DNA of 64,000 nucleotides from Yuukianura sp. NJ FZ-2021 (GCA_046563655.1 CM102290.1:682001-746000); one strand, 5' to 3'; shown: positions 15,359-30,974, counted from the stretch's first letter. The notes: generated from the sequence alone by a model not told the origin. Program-made: numbers and translations.

Positions 15359-15556
15359 GGGCGAAGTAAGGATTAACGACCGTCTGTGTACCCACGAAGT
15401 GTCGCCACTCCGGCCGTCTTGTGGCAACAATAGGCGACTACACTATGGTGGTTACTTTTGTTGCCACTCTAACCTGAGTTAAGGTGGCAACATAAGTAGC
15501 CGTAGAGTGTAGCCACCGAGTGGCTACAGTGACGGTCGTTAAACCTTACCCCAACT
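15359..15556. mobile_element. MITE family A copy 3
   Basis: GTAAGGATTAACGACCGTC ... GACGGTCGTTAAACCTTAC with GTGGCAAC subrepeats. Confidence 0.8.
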
Positions 15557-17242
15557 GCGTACAACGTTAGCTGGGAATCCATGGTCGGCCTGGGAATAAG
15601 GGTCAGGGGGCCCTTGACTGACTAAAACTCTGTGGGTAGATGATGGGGCAGACCAGTTTGGGGAGGCGACCAAGTTTTAGTGTGTCATGAGGTCTTGGTT
15701 AACGTTGGACGTGGGAATTTGTGTCCGGGTAAGAGGCCATGAGTGAGTTAAGACTAAACCTGCTCCGTAAGGTCAACAAACTACTTCTTAAAAACCTTAG
15801 TACGAAGACTCATTTTGGTCAGTCAGTGAGCAGGGTCACACCGAGGAGCACACGTTGTGTGATTGGCCGTCAGAACTTCCGTTTTCCGTGTCACGACTTT
15901 TCCTTTGTAGAAACTCCTTCCAGCGGAGTCTTAATTTAAGGTAATCAACCACCTTGCATTCCTATTGCAAACGTTTTCAAAACGTTTGAAACAGTTCACA
16001 CAAGCATTTCAAAATAGTTTGAAGTTAGACCGGCTTCGATCAACGAATAAATTACGTCAGTCGGCTATTGCATAACGCGATTGTTAACCTTACAAGTTTC
16101 AGGATACTAATCTTATTCTCAGGATAGCATTTTACCGTGAGATTTTTTATACAAGAAAAAATAAACCACAACTTAATTAAGATAATTTCGTTTTTTTAAG
16201 GAAGAAAGTTTTCTTTTTTGCAAGAAAATGTCAAGTTTTCTTTTTTAGAAGAAAATTTCAAGTTTAAATTTCATGTTTCAAAAAATTTTACAATATTACG
16301 TACTAAAAACCATCCTCATGTTTCACATTATGCTTTTGCGAGTGTGGCGCTTACGTGGTGTGTGTAAGATGTGAATACTAAATGCAATTTTTTTTAAATT
16401 AAAGTTAGGTTTAGCTTACTAAAACAGAATTTTCATTCTTTTGATTAAAAAATTTTTTATTCAAAATTAGATTGAAATGTCACAATTAGTGTCACATTAA
16501 GTGTCACAACTTAAAAAAAAAGTTTGAGCCAACCAGTGAAATGGTCATAGATTTTTCAACCTGCAAATTCTGAACAGAAAATCTCTTTTGATTTTGCAAA
16601 ACAAAAAGATCGGAGCGCTTGTAAACTTAACTGTTAATGTTGATGGTCTGAATTGGAAACTGATTAAAAGGATTTCAAAGTTGTGAAACCGGTTTTTTCG
16701 GAATACTTGTTTCAAATGCAGGAGAGGAAGTTGTTGACCACTGCAGCAGTTTACACCCTGACCTTTTTAGGCTATCCACCGTAGATTCACTGCTCCAAAC
16801 CATGTTTTTTTTATTCTGTTTCACAAACTCAGTTTAAAAAGACAAGTTTTGAGTAACTGTGAATCAGTTGGAATAAGTAAACCAGCAGGAACTTTAGTTT
16901 GAACGGAGTTTTTAGTTGTTTGAGAGCAGTGCTCGAGGTCACTTGCCCCAATTCAAACTAAAAACCAACCTCAATTCACTTCTTTTACTACTTCAAAACC
17001 TTGTTTTTGAAAGGTACACTCAAAATTACGGGTCAATTCAATTGACCAATTACAAATTTGCTTACTATAACGAAAAAGATATGTAAAGTTTGATAGAAAG
17101 TGACAGAAGCTGGCGTCTCTCTTGTGCGCATGTGTTGAGAATCACTCAGTTTCTTGTGAAATCCTATTTTCAAAAACTGAATGTTTTCAAAAACAAAAAC
17201 TAAAATTGGTATATTTTTTGGATTTGGTTTTCTTTTTAGAAA

Positions 17243-18645
17243 ATGCGATTCCACTCGGCTTTGGTCGTGCTGCTCGCCGCTTTGGCATGCGTTTCCTGTG
17301 CTCCAGTAGAAGAAGCTGCTCCGGTCGTTCCGACATCAGCGGCCGTCGAAGCTCCAGTTGAAGTCGAATCCGTTCCGGTTGTTCCGGTAGTGCAAGAACC
17401 GAAAGAAGTCGTAGAGCCGGTATCTCCAGTAGTATCGGAGGTTGTTAATGAACAAAGTGGAGAAGTTCCGGTAGTCACGGCTGTTGAACCAGGTCAGTTC
17501 CTCATGCCACGGTGCCCTTGAATTAGTTTGTATAAAAGCTAATTAAATATATAAAATATAAACACTTTAGATTATTTCAATTAAATTTTTTTAGAAACGG
17601 TCGTGGAGGAACCTGAGAAACAGGAGAAGCAAGGACGTCAACTAGAGGACGACGATGACGATGAAGAGGGAGAGGGAGACCATGACGAAGAAGATGACGA
17701 CGACGAAGATGAAGACGAGAATGAAGATGAGGAGGAAGAGCGGAAGTTGCCTGCCAAGGGAGCGAAGGGAATCCAGAAAAAGAAGGCTGTCGTTCCAGGA
17801 AAGCCAGTTCCGAGTCTAGCCGAGGGTGTTGAGGACGATGAAGCCGAAGATCTTGGAATTTTTGAACGCGAGGAGCCAAAGTCGGACGAGGCAGAGCCAG
17901 CGGAGAAGTCTTCAGATGAAAAGTCTGATGAGGACAAGGATGATGATGATGAGAGCAACGAGGATGAGGAACGAGACGATCCAATTGGTAAGCTACTGAA
18001 CCTGAAATTGGTTAAGTTAATTAAAGTTAAGTCGAAAAGTGAACGTTTTGTTATACTAAGGTCCAAGTGGACTAGTAGCTGAACCTGGATCCAGCGAGCG
18101 TGGAGATGTTGATGAAGTAGTTGCTTCTAGTCCAGTACAAAACGAAGTTGGTGGCGTAGAGAAACCACTGGCAGTGGCCGTTGTCCAACCAGAAGAGAAC
18201 AGTGATCCAGGCAAGTCCAGTAGTTGATAAGCCCAAACATAAAAATATAGTATAATAATATATTTGTATGAAATTATAATATATAATTTGCATATATATA
18301 TTTGCAGTGGTACCAATCATTGTTGAAGAGTCTGTTCCAGTAGCTCAGGAGAGTACGGTGTCCGAAAAAGTAGACAGTGCTGTGAGGAAGCAAGCTCCAA
18401 AGACCGTCCAAGATGATGATGACGACGATGATGACGATGACGACGACGAAGAAGATGATGACGACGATGAAGCTAGATCTGACAAAGTATGTTACATTTG
18501 ACCTTTACTTGAAACTTGGACCTACGTTCACTCTAATTTTGATGTTTAGGTTCACCGACGTCACCGAGCGGCCTACAACCCCTCTCCAGTACTCTACTAC
18601 TATCCATTTCCGGACGCTCCAGCAGAAACCCCAGCAGCACAGTAG
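17243..18645 (+). CDS. Secreted low-complexity Asp/Glu-rich and Val/Pro-rich protein, 355 aa; exons 17243-17492, 17595-17987, 18061-18210, 18308-18486, 18550-18645
   Basis: Signal-peptide-like MRFHSALVVLLAALACVSCAP; poly-D/E tracts; exons join in frame (1068 nt) if intron 3 uses a GC donor. Confidence 0.8.
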
Positions 18646-18890
18646 CCTAAACTAGACACTAATTCTAAGAAAGTAGCCGAGTTAGCATCATCCAATTGCC
18701 AATTTTCAAAAATTTGCCAAACATTCCTAACTTATTTCCCTCCCAAAACGACTCTATATGACCAATTCGAGACCATAGTCCAAAAATAAAGTGGCGGTAA
18801 ACAAATTATGTACAAAGAATTGAACCTTCTACAAGAAAGAATGTCGATTTCAAACAAGTACTGGAAATGGAGCGCGAATTCTGAACTTAT

Positions 18891-19129
18891 GGTCAACGTA
18901 AGGATTAACGACCATCATTGTAGCCACTCTACCAATTTTAGTGGTAACAATGGGTGATTAGGTTGAATAGTTGCCAGTAGAGTGGCAACCTAAGTAGCCA
19001 CGCTAGCTTAGCCTCACCTAAAATGGCAACATAAGTTGCCGCACAGTGTAGCCACGTCGCCATCTCTAGTGGTTACAATTTGGCTACGCTGTACAGCTAC
19101 AACGACGGTCGTTAAACCTTACCCCAACC
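18891..19129. mobile_element. MITE family A copy 4
   Basis: GTAAGGATTAACGACCATCATTGTAGC ... GCTACAACGACGGTCGTTAAACCTTAC. Confidence 0.8.
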
Positions 19130-19533
19130 AAATTTTTGACTTAATTGTATTGCACTTTTATTTCCACGGTTAACGGTTTGTCGTTCTCCATTACAAACAA
19201 TTTACGGATTTTTTTTTATCAGAAAAAATAAATTGTCAATCTGTGGATACTTTTGTGATTCTACGCCCGCGTTTTGAAAGTTAGTTTGTTTGTCGCCCAA
19301 CTTAAAACAACGACAATTCAATACCAGAAGTAAAGTTAATTATTACTGTTATAAAAAACGGGAACAAAAAGTGAACTGATTTTTAACTTATGAAACAAAT
19401 GTGAGCACAGAGCACACAACAATAAAGTAGTTGAAATCAAAACTAACAAAAAAGATGAAGGGTTAGCGAGTACCTTGATTGACAGTTTTGAAACGCTACT
19501 TCTTGCAAATAAACTTAAAACTTGAAAAAAGTT

Positions 19534-20996
19534 CTAAGCGGGGTCCTTGTTGTCATCACTTTTGGATTCTAGTGAAAATGGTGGAATTCTACAGTCGAAG
19601 GCATGCCCATCTTCTCGCTCCATTTTGAATGTACCCCTAAACATTCAAAAATCAGAATGGTTCTGGAATCGCTTTGAATTCATGAGAAACAAGTATGGTC
19701 CAACTTAATATTATATTTTAGTACATACCACATGTGACCAGACGGAGCTTGAAGTGAAACATGTGAAGAGTACTGAAAGGCTGGACTTAGCTTGGTTAAA
19801 ATGGGTTCTTGACCAACGATTCCTCGGCCCCGCACCTTTTGTTTGAAAAAACAATGAATCATGTGTAATTAGAAAACTTTGACTTGATTTATCTACTTTT
19901 GACAACTTACGGTTTCAAGAGTTCCGGAAAGACTAAAAATTCTCCAGTGACGTTCACGCAGCTGAGTGTTGATGTCACCAACGTTTTCAATACGAATGCA
20001 ATACCGCCACTAACATTATGAAAAAATGAGTAAGAAGATCCATAACAGATGTAATTTGGTTGAATCGCAGGTCTTACCCAGTAGACGTTGTTATTGTGTG
20101 ACTCACGACATCCCATGTAAAACGGAATAACTGTAACACGGATATTCTCTGTCGTTTCTTTGTGAACATCAGATAGTTCCAGCCATGGATGATTCTTTTC
20201 CTGCCATGCCTTAAGAGTATCTCGAGCAACAAAAGGTGGATCAGCAGTTGCGTTGTATTGTAAAAACTTGTCAAATAGTTCATGATGTAAAGCATTCTTC
20301 TCCGTAGGGATGTACGGAATAATGTCTTCGTGTGAGACATAGTCGAGACCAGGAATAGCATAAAGACCTGAAATAACATAGTTGTAGGTTCAATCAAGTT
20401 CATGAGGTAAATGACTTACTTCGGCTATTTTCAACAGTGCCTAAGAATGTGACAGCCTCTGTTTGAGCTCTAATGTAAGGACAGTCTCTGGAATCTATCA
20501 ATACTTGGTAGTAAGGATGCTGCTTGGATTTGACTTCTCGGCCAATATGACTGAATGTCGTGGCCTCGTCCATGTCAGAGGACGGACTAGGTCTGGAATA
20601 AACAAAAGGTTACAATCACAGTCACGTCTCCAGTCCATACCTATGGTGGAAGTTTCTTACTTTTCTCGTGTTTTGTTACTAGCTATGTCCCGGTCATAAA
20701 CTTTTGCCAGCCATGGAAATAGGATGACACCACGGTAGCCAAAAACTCGGTGTAGAAATATCTGCCCGACTTCATAGTTTCCTTCATGTTTCAAGGCTTC
20801 TAGCCTTCCCACTTCTGCTAACCTAAAAATTAGTGACAATTGAGAAATTAAATCGTATTTACTCAAAAATAACAATGATATGGACCAAATGGAGTCACCT
20901 AGTGTAGCGTCGTACAGCAACACACAATAACGGTGGGTAATACTGGTTCAATTTGCCGCCCTTTCCAAAAATGGCTTTCAACATTCCTGCCCTCAT
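19534..20996 (-). CDS. Poldip2: Polymerase delta-interacting protein 2 (YccV-like + ApaG domains), 343 aa; exons 20996-20899, 20822-20661, 20592-20420, 20367-20078, 20009-19911, 19835-19729, 19636-19534
   Basis: GQIFLHRVFGYRGVILFPW, YYQVLIDSRDCPYI, VRGRGIVGQEP and FQYSSHVSLQAPSGHMWGTF motifs; 1032 nt in frame. Confidence 0.96.
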
Positions 20997-23900
20997 GTTG
21001 AGAGACTGCAGAATTCTTCTATGCCAGTCGCTTTATCGAAAATCCTGTTTGCACTCCTCGTCCACTACCTATATAAAAACAGTTTGATTATCGCATGCCA
21101 TAGTTCCACTACCCACAATAATGTAGCTGCGTAATTGAATGTTAATGAATATTTATACTCACTCTTTCCCTAAACGATTACCAAAATTAGAACCACTAAA
21201 GCATAATTTATCAAAACGGCTTCGTTTTACTGACGAGCGACGACTGACTAGCTTTGTCCAGTAGCCAATTTCAACTTCTTCCGTCGGCAGTTTTTGCAAA
21301 TTACGACTTCCAGGAAGCAAAAATGTAAAAAAATACTTGCTTCACAATGCTTTTGCATGGTGTTTTGTTTTTTGCACAGAGTTTCAAAATTAGCATATAA
21401 TTTGCGACTGTTTTGGATTTAAAAATCGCGGGTATTTTTTAATGTGGCTCACGCTGGCAAGGCGCTGTTCCAAATTGTTAAGACAATATCAAAAAACGTT
21501 AGTGGAGATTACAAAAAAAAAACTTTAAAATTAAAAAATTAGTTCGTAAAATGGCCCAAACATTGAATTTTAATTATTAATTATGTGGGTTAGTAGGAAT
21601 TGGACGGCATTCCTTTAATTAGTCTAGGTGGATCCACAAAATAAGAATTTCAAATGAACAGAATAAAGTGCATTTCAAATGTCCGATTTCGGGAGCGAGA
21701 GGATGTTATGTTGTTGGTTATATTTTTGGAGTTCAGTTTTTAATTTTAGCAAACAAATTTTTTTTTGGAATCGGAAGTATGTTTATGCCAAAATTTCTTA
21801 TATTTGTTGCCGTTTTTAGGTGGGTTGAGTGCTTTTGATTCTATTTATAGTTGTTTGGGTAAACCAAAACTTCATCATACAACTTATGTTAAAAATGTTA
21901 AAATGTTACATGACAAATTTGGAGTCGAACGTTTGATTTTGTTTTTAATATAACAAAAATCTATGCCAAAAGTACAAAACTTTCCAATTTATTTTCTTAA
22001 ACTGAATAGGGAATGATGTCACTTGGTTTTTAGTTCAGCGTTTCGGATCTCGCTAGTCTTCAGCGGCCCACTTAAGAATCAGTTGTCCTGGACTCGTCAT
22101 CTTGCGATGAGTCACTCTTCTGAACTTAATCTTAGCAAATGAAACTTAATTAACATCTTAACACAAGTTGTGTAAGTTAAGGAAAACAAAAACCCTTCAC
22201 CCATACCGTTAACGCTAATAGGAAACCAAAACGACGCTACAACAGTCTTTGACGTACAAGCTTATTTTGTGTACCACGGACAACAGATTACAAATGGTCG
22301 TCCGGATTTTTTTTAACCAAAATTTAAATTCTCAACTACAAAAAACTGTGCAAGTTTATAGTAGTCACACAAAATAAAAGATGCACACATTTCATTTGTA
22401 TTAAAACCAATATTTTAAGACAACGGCATGGCACTTCGCAATTCATTAATAGGCGCGGTTTCAGCAACTGGGAGGATTTTGCGACCATAGTTTTAGTGTT
22501 CTGGAGACTCATGTCGCCTACGACATGCTGAAGAAGACTATTTTTATTACAACGTTAAACTTTTTGAACCGTGAATTAAAAACGCTTTAGTTCCCAGGAG
22601 AGAAATAAATTTATAGCAAAAACCTTTTACAAGACATGTAACAATAGTAGTACGTGGCACAAAAATGTTTTTTTGAGTTCTTCTCTAGCGGTTGTAACAA
22701 GTACGAGTATAGTCGGATAATCCGACTCGGATTTAGAGTTCGAGATGTTAAATTAAAAAAAAACACCGTTGGGATTGAACCGGTTAAAACAATTGGTAAG
22801 TCGATTGGAAGGAGATGATAAGCATCAACAATTGATGCTTATATCAATTAACCCTACAGCACTTAGGTTAACAATTATTGTTAACTTAAGTGTGGTAGGG
22901 TTAATTGATGGTACGCGTATGGACATTATTAAGCACAGGCGGTACACACTGGCGAAACTGCTGCGCTGTGGTATACATCAGTTGTGTGTAATCGGGATCA
23001 AAGTGGCAACATGGGGTGGATTTGGGTCTGGATGTTACCTTATATGGATTTGCCTCCTCATTCCGTAGCCCACTGTTGTCAAATCTTGTTCTCCTCAATT
23101 AGTCACTGACACTTCAACTTACTTCAGTCTTCCTCTTCCCAAGAGTTCATAGACTTTCTTCTCTGCCTCAACTTAATTAAATTAGTTTGTGAGGGGTCAC
23201 GGAAGCCGGCTGTAGGTCATCTACCTCTCACCTTAGGTCAGTCATATCACCACTTTTACTTGATAAGTATTATTTATCCTGTCTGATCTCGTGTCATCTA
23301 CATCTGTATACTACCTATCAATTAATCCGTCTCTTCGTCCGTCCGTGGATCAACAGCAAAACTTTCCTGGAAACTGGACTCACGTCTTCCTGCTCAACTG
23401 CCGATTGCTGTTGTTACCAATACTTGTAGAGGTCATTCTTTTCAATTCTGGGTGAGTATCATCTTTTATAAATTCAAGCGAAATGAATTAAGCTATGAAT
23501 TAAGAATTGTTAGTACAAGTTAGTACGACCTCGGTGGGTCGCTGTTCTTTTCCGGTGGGCGGGTTACAGCCAACCCACTGGCCAAGTACTAGACAAATTA
23601 ATAGAAGGCTGCTAGGTATCTTAAGACTTAAGTACTTCAGTTTACATATAACATCGGCTCGGTTTGTATAAACTGTATGGCAGGAACGATTAGACATTTA
23701 TTGTGGTTTTGACAGTAGTGGTTAAGTTTTTTTTTTACTTCCCTTCTTCCACTGTTTATGTGTCAAGTTCTCTTCTGAGTATCTTGGAAGCACTGGAATT
23801 CCTAATAACTAACAACCATCATCAGGTTTTGTCGCAATCGTTTAGCGTGAAGGAAAACCTTGTGGATTTTTTCAAGCGGAACTTTTTTTTTTCAATTTAA

Positions 23901-24136
23901 TTACCGTATCTACCGATTTCGTTTTGAACAAGGAAACGAAACTTTTGTTGCAAGTATCACGGGTAGGTCATTCCTCCATGCTTCTTTACTGACTTGTCCG
24001 TCAATATCGATTTCGATAGTAAATCAATTTGGATAGTGAGCAATGCTAACTGCAATCGCCTAGAAACGAACTGTACTAATTGCAAATTGTGTATTAATTT
24101 CGAATTTTGTTGTATTTTTCAGAAGGAGTTCATTAG

Positions 24137-26762
<2,626 letters not shown>

Positions 26763-27152
26763 AATAATCCGAAACCAACATAAACAAAAAGTTACAAAGC
26801 CCTCACAAAACACATCAAACTGAACAAAGAAAAATGTCAAATCAACGTTTCAATTCTCTCTTTTTGAGCTTACAACTTCAAGATTACTTTGTCTACAAAT
26901 TACATTACTCAGAAAGGGGGATTCGATTTCCGAGAGATTATGAAAAACAATGGAAATAATAAAGGCAACATCATTACGACGGTCTTTTAACAAAAAAAAA
27001 AGTGTGACTCACGTTGTCGATTTAAACTAATCGTAAGTTAGGAAGCGAAATTAGCTTTGGAATCACGAGAATCCAAGTAATCAATCAAGTTTTTAGGAAA
27101 GACAGTCACATTAAAAGATTTTTATTCTTTTCGTGGGCTGAAAAAACAAAAC

Positions 27153-28285
27153 TTAAAACTTCATCTTATGCGGGAATTGGCCACTTCCGAGTGAGAAAGG
27201 AGATCCCAAGTACTTGAACAAGGTCTTCTTCTCTGGATGGGCTTTTACGATCTCGACGAGGGCTTTGTCTGCAGCAACCTGATGAATTAGAACAAAAAAG
27301 TAATCAGTAATCAATCAAGTAAGAAACAGTTAATTCTAAGAGTTGAGTTCGAACTTCGAATTAGGGAGTGTAAATCCGGATTTTTGTCGGATTCGGAGTC
27401 TTCCAAATCTGGAATTCTTCATCAAAATCCGAAATCCGGATTTACACCCCCTAGTTCCAATGTATCACATACCTGATCATTCTTCCGAGTTTCACTGACG
27501 GTATAACCAGACTTGGGAGCAGCGAAGATATCACCTTCCTGTTCCTGCCTTTCCTTTCGAACAGCGCTCTTGTTTCGTCGGAAGTAGGTGTCATTTAGGG
27601 TTTCTGGAACAGCGTATTTTGACAAGTCCAGCCGCGTGGAAGTAGCAATAACGTATTGTTGATTGACACGACGGAGTGGAACACCGTTAATCTTGAATGG
27701 TCCTACAAAACGTCACACCAACGATTATAACACCTACTACACAACTATTTTGGCGGAAATATTCGAGACGATGAGAAGCTATGCTTAGAATCCAGCACTA
27801 ACCGTTAACAAGCAAAAGTCCAGAGGTCAATTGCTTCAAAAAGACAACACGTTTTCCTGCATGACGTCCAGCCAACAGAATACAAATAGTGCCCGGTTTG
27901 AGTGACCCTCGAAGTCTGGTCTTGGTTTCAAAGACACGCTTCTGCACCGTCTTCTTTCCTTGTGCAGTAGGATGATGTCTCTTTGACTTGAGAATAACAA
28001 CACGGCGTACTTTTCCGTTCTTCTCTCCGCCGATTGGCTTCTCACGAGTCAATTGCTTCTTTTCTACCGCCTGTTCATAACAATGACAAAAACTACGTTA
28101 AAATGTGAATTCGTTTGTCATTCCAGAATATTGATACAGTTTGCAGAATTTACTTGTTTCTTGGCCGGGTGATTCCTCTTGATCCAAATTCCCTTCTTGT
28201 GATAGGAAGTGGATCTTCCGAATCGGTGAACGCCAGGAGCTAGTACTGGGTTCTTGTGTGTGCTCTTCTTGGTCTCCCCAGCCAT
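27153..28285 (-). CDS. RpL6: 60S ribosomal protein L6 (eL6), 251 aa; exons 28285-28154, 28070-27803, 27702-27473, 27278-27153
   Basis: [47 protein letters not shown]-terminal FPHKMKF; 756 nt in frame. Confidence 0.97.
27362..27453. mobile_element. hAT-like MITE (family B, short copy) in RpL6 last intron
   Basis: TAGGGAGTGTAAATCCGGATTT ... AAATCCGGATTTACACCCCCTA; flanks CTTCGAAT / GTTCCAAT (6/8); related to 55548-56010. Confidence 0.75.
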
Positions 28286-28603
28286 TTTTTAGCCTTTTAA
28301 AATAAACCGAATCGGTTAATCTTATGATACTTGAATTTGGATTTAGTTTCGAACTGGAGATAAAAGTACACAATTTAGCCGGAATTGAAGTCAGCCGGAA
28401 TACGTTTCAAATCAACACTTATGACAAGTCAATGGATTTGCCGTGCTCAATTGCTAATCTCCAGGTAAATCCTGCATCTTACAACTAATTAAGTTACATC
28501 CTTACCTTAAATTAATCGACGTTAACTTAATTGAAGTTCAAATACGCTCTTCCAATGACCGTACTGCAGAAGGGAATCAAAATAGCACGAGACAGTGGAC
28601 ACA

Positions 28604-28611
28604 TGAAAGAA
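28604..28611 (-). promoter_or_regulatory. Candidate TCT/5'-TOP start of RpL6
   Basis: TTCTTTCA on the minus strand about 100 nt upstream of a strong donor (AAG|GTAAGG at 28505) that can splice to the acceptor at 28294 just before the ATG; TCT motifs are typical of ribosomal protein genes. Confidence 0.45.
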
Positions 28612-29370
28612 CTATCCGGTAAATTTCAAGCAAGAACTAAAGGGGGCCTTTCCTTACCCATGCCGAACTTATGCACAAGACGGACTTCCTAACCACACGC
28701 GTTTCAACGCCATGCTTGCTTTATAATACTAAGCATATAGATGGCAGAGCACCGCCTTTTGAAGTAAGTGCATGTTAGAATTTATAGGGTAGATAGTTCT
28801 ACGATCCTTGTAATCAACCTCAACTTCCTCTAATGATTTTATGTCCGATTAAACTATACTTAACTCTAATTAATCACGTAATTAATTTTTATATTATTTA
28901 TATTTACTCAAAAACAATCTCATTTGCGAAATGTTCAGCCAACATCGTGCATTTTACCGTTTATTGCATACAGAGAGCAGAGTAGTTTTAAAATTAATAA
29001 ATTGAGGCCCGATTTCTTTAGGGTTTTCTCTAACCAAAGAATGGTAATCACACTTTGTTTAACGCCGTATGCATATAATTTAATAAGTAATACAAAGATT
29101 ACGGCTTTTAGGTTTCGAACTGGGTGTGATTTAGAATTTACTATTGGCAGAAAGGCGGAAAATTCAAAACGAAAAAAAAAATTAGATTTGTTTTTGGACA
29201 AATCACACATGATTTAAAATCATGCGCTCAAATTACTTTCGTTGTTTGTTGGAGAATAATTTGTGAGAATTTTAACATTAGTAAAGGTCTATGAATTAAT
29301 TAATTTGATTAATCAAGTTTCAGAAGTGTTTTAATTCTTTTCGTACTTGTTAGTGATTATATGGTGTCTT

Positions 29371-29530
29371 TAGATTTGGTGACCATGACAACCGTCAGGG
29401 TTAATAGATTGATTGCAGATTGGTGACCGTAGCAACAATAATGACTGTGATTTCGCTAGATTTGAACAATGATAATGACTGTATGGTTTCTCTAGATTTT
29501 GTTACCCTGACAACAATAATGCATGTGGTT
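29371..29530 (+). repeat. Degenerate tandem repeat (units about 35-45 bp) carrying three RFX X-box-like motifs
   Basis: Units of AGATT(T)GGTGACCNNNNCAACAATAATGACTGT type; boxes GTGACCATGACAAC (29379), GTGACCGTAGCAAC (29423), GTTACCCTGACAAC (29501). Confidence 0.65.
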
Positions 29531-29879
29531 AGCGTAGGGTGCGGCAAATATCGGCGCACCTTCAAATCTCTGTTGTTTTTCTCGCTTCCTGTTTCTCCCT
29601 TTTTTCTCTGTCATCTCTCTCTCATCATATGTCATCTTATTTTTTCTTTTTTCTAAGAATTGTAGTCTTTCACTTTCACTAATCGGGTGTTTTTTTCCAG
29701 TTTTTGTTATCTAAGTTCGCATTTTAAACTACATTTGGCTAGTTAATGCAAAATTGAAACATTCCTTGTGCCCTGCAGTCATGTCAGCTGGACATTAGTC
29801 GTGTGAGAATCCTTCAGGTCAAATCAAATTACACATTCCATTTGTATATCCCAACTTTTCGCATTTAATTTCATCAATA

Positions 29880-30974
29880 ATGGCGAGACGCCCTGGACCT
29901 CCGGGCGGAGGTCAATATATCACAGTTAGCAAGGAATATGATCATCTTTTTAAACTACTAATCATTGGAGACAGTGGTAAGTACAGAACTTAATGTTTGG
30001 GCGAAATAAAGTAACGTTTGTATTTTATTAGAGAGAGCAATATTATGTGGATCGTGACGGGTTCCGCTTTCGAATTTCATGCGGGCCAAAGCAAAAATAC
30101 AGAATCTTTATTTTCCTTATGAAAATAACCTGAAATGTCATTTTATACTGTTTTCTAGGCGTTGGCAAGAGCTCTCTCCTAGTCCGATTTGCAGATAACA
30201 TGTTTTCACCAAATTACATAACTACCATTGGGGTGGATTTCAAGATCCGAACACTAGTAATTCGAGGAGAACGAGTCAAGTTACAAATTTGGGACACTGC
30301 TGGTAATTTAAATTGATTCCAGAATCCAAACTGAAATTTGTATCCATCGCTAGTTGAATTTGAAACATGTCTATCTTATTGCAGGCCAGGAACGTTTTCG
30401 CACAATCACATCGACGTAAGCTCTCTTTCCAGTACATGTAGTATTTCATCTTCTCATTACAAAATCGTTAATGGCTTTTTTGAAAAATGTTTTTCTAGGT
30501 ATTACCGCGGTACGCATGGAGTAATTGTAGTTTATGATGTTACAAACGGAGATTCGTTTGCCAACGTAAAACGCTGGCTACATGAGATTGAACAAAACTG
30601 TGACCACGTCTGCAAAATTCTTGTGGGAAACAAGAATGATGATCCGTCACGCAAAGTAGTCCTTACCTCAGACGCCCAAAGATTTGCTAATCAAATCGAC
30701 ATCCCCCTATTTGAAACCAGTGCAAAAGATAATATCAACGTTCATGAAGTAAGTTTTTCTTAGGAATTAGCATGTCATGAATTATACTAAACTAACATAG
30801 TCTCGTGTTGCAATCATCTCAATGAGTGTGTTTGTTGCACAGATTTTCCAAGAAATCACAGAACAGGTTCTGAGGACTAAGCAAAAGCAACAAGAGTCAG
30901 AGCAAGAACGAGAGACTGTCAAGTTAGCTGAAACGGCGCACGGGAAATCTAATAAATCTAAAAAATGTTGCTAG
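29880..30974 (+). CDS. Rab35: Ras-related GTPase Rab35, 217 aa; exons 29880-29976, 30159-30302, 30385-30415, 30499-30748, 30843-30974
   Basis: [51 protein letters not shown]-terminal KKCC; 654 nt in frame. Confidence 0.95.

Noticed and set aside
17577..18066. Antisense Ser-rich and His/Pro-rich ORFs
   Set aside because: Shadows of the poly-Asp/Glu codons on the plus strand.
22013..22123. Possible box C/D snoRNA (ATGATG...CTGA)
   Set aside because: Imperfect C box, no terminal stem, no recognisable rRNA guide, not in an evident intron. No convincing snoRNA seen in RpL6 or Emg1 introns either.
27076..27320. Exact 15-bp direct repeat AGTAATCAATCAAGT flanking the last RpL6 exon
   Set aside because: Low-complexity AT-rich word; no other sign of insertion or duplication.
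28506..28661. Possible upstream RpL6 exon with uORF (ATGG|GTAAGG splicing to 28563)
   Set aside because: Plausible splice sites but no support; the TCT start near 28609 explains the leader more simply.
29371..29530. CRISPR-like repeat/spacer pattern
   Set aside because: Units are degenerate along their whole length, spacing is irregular, no cas genes, and the DNA is eukaryotic.
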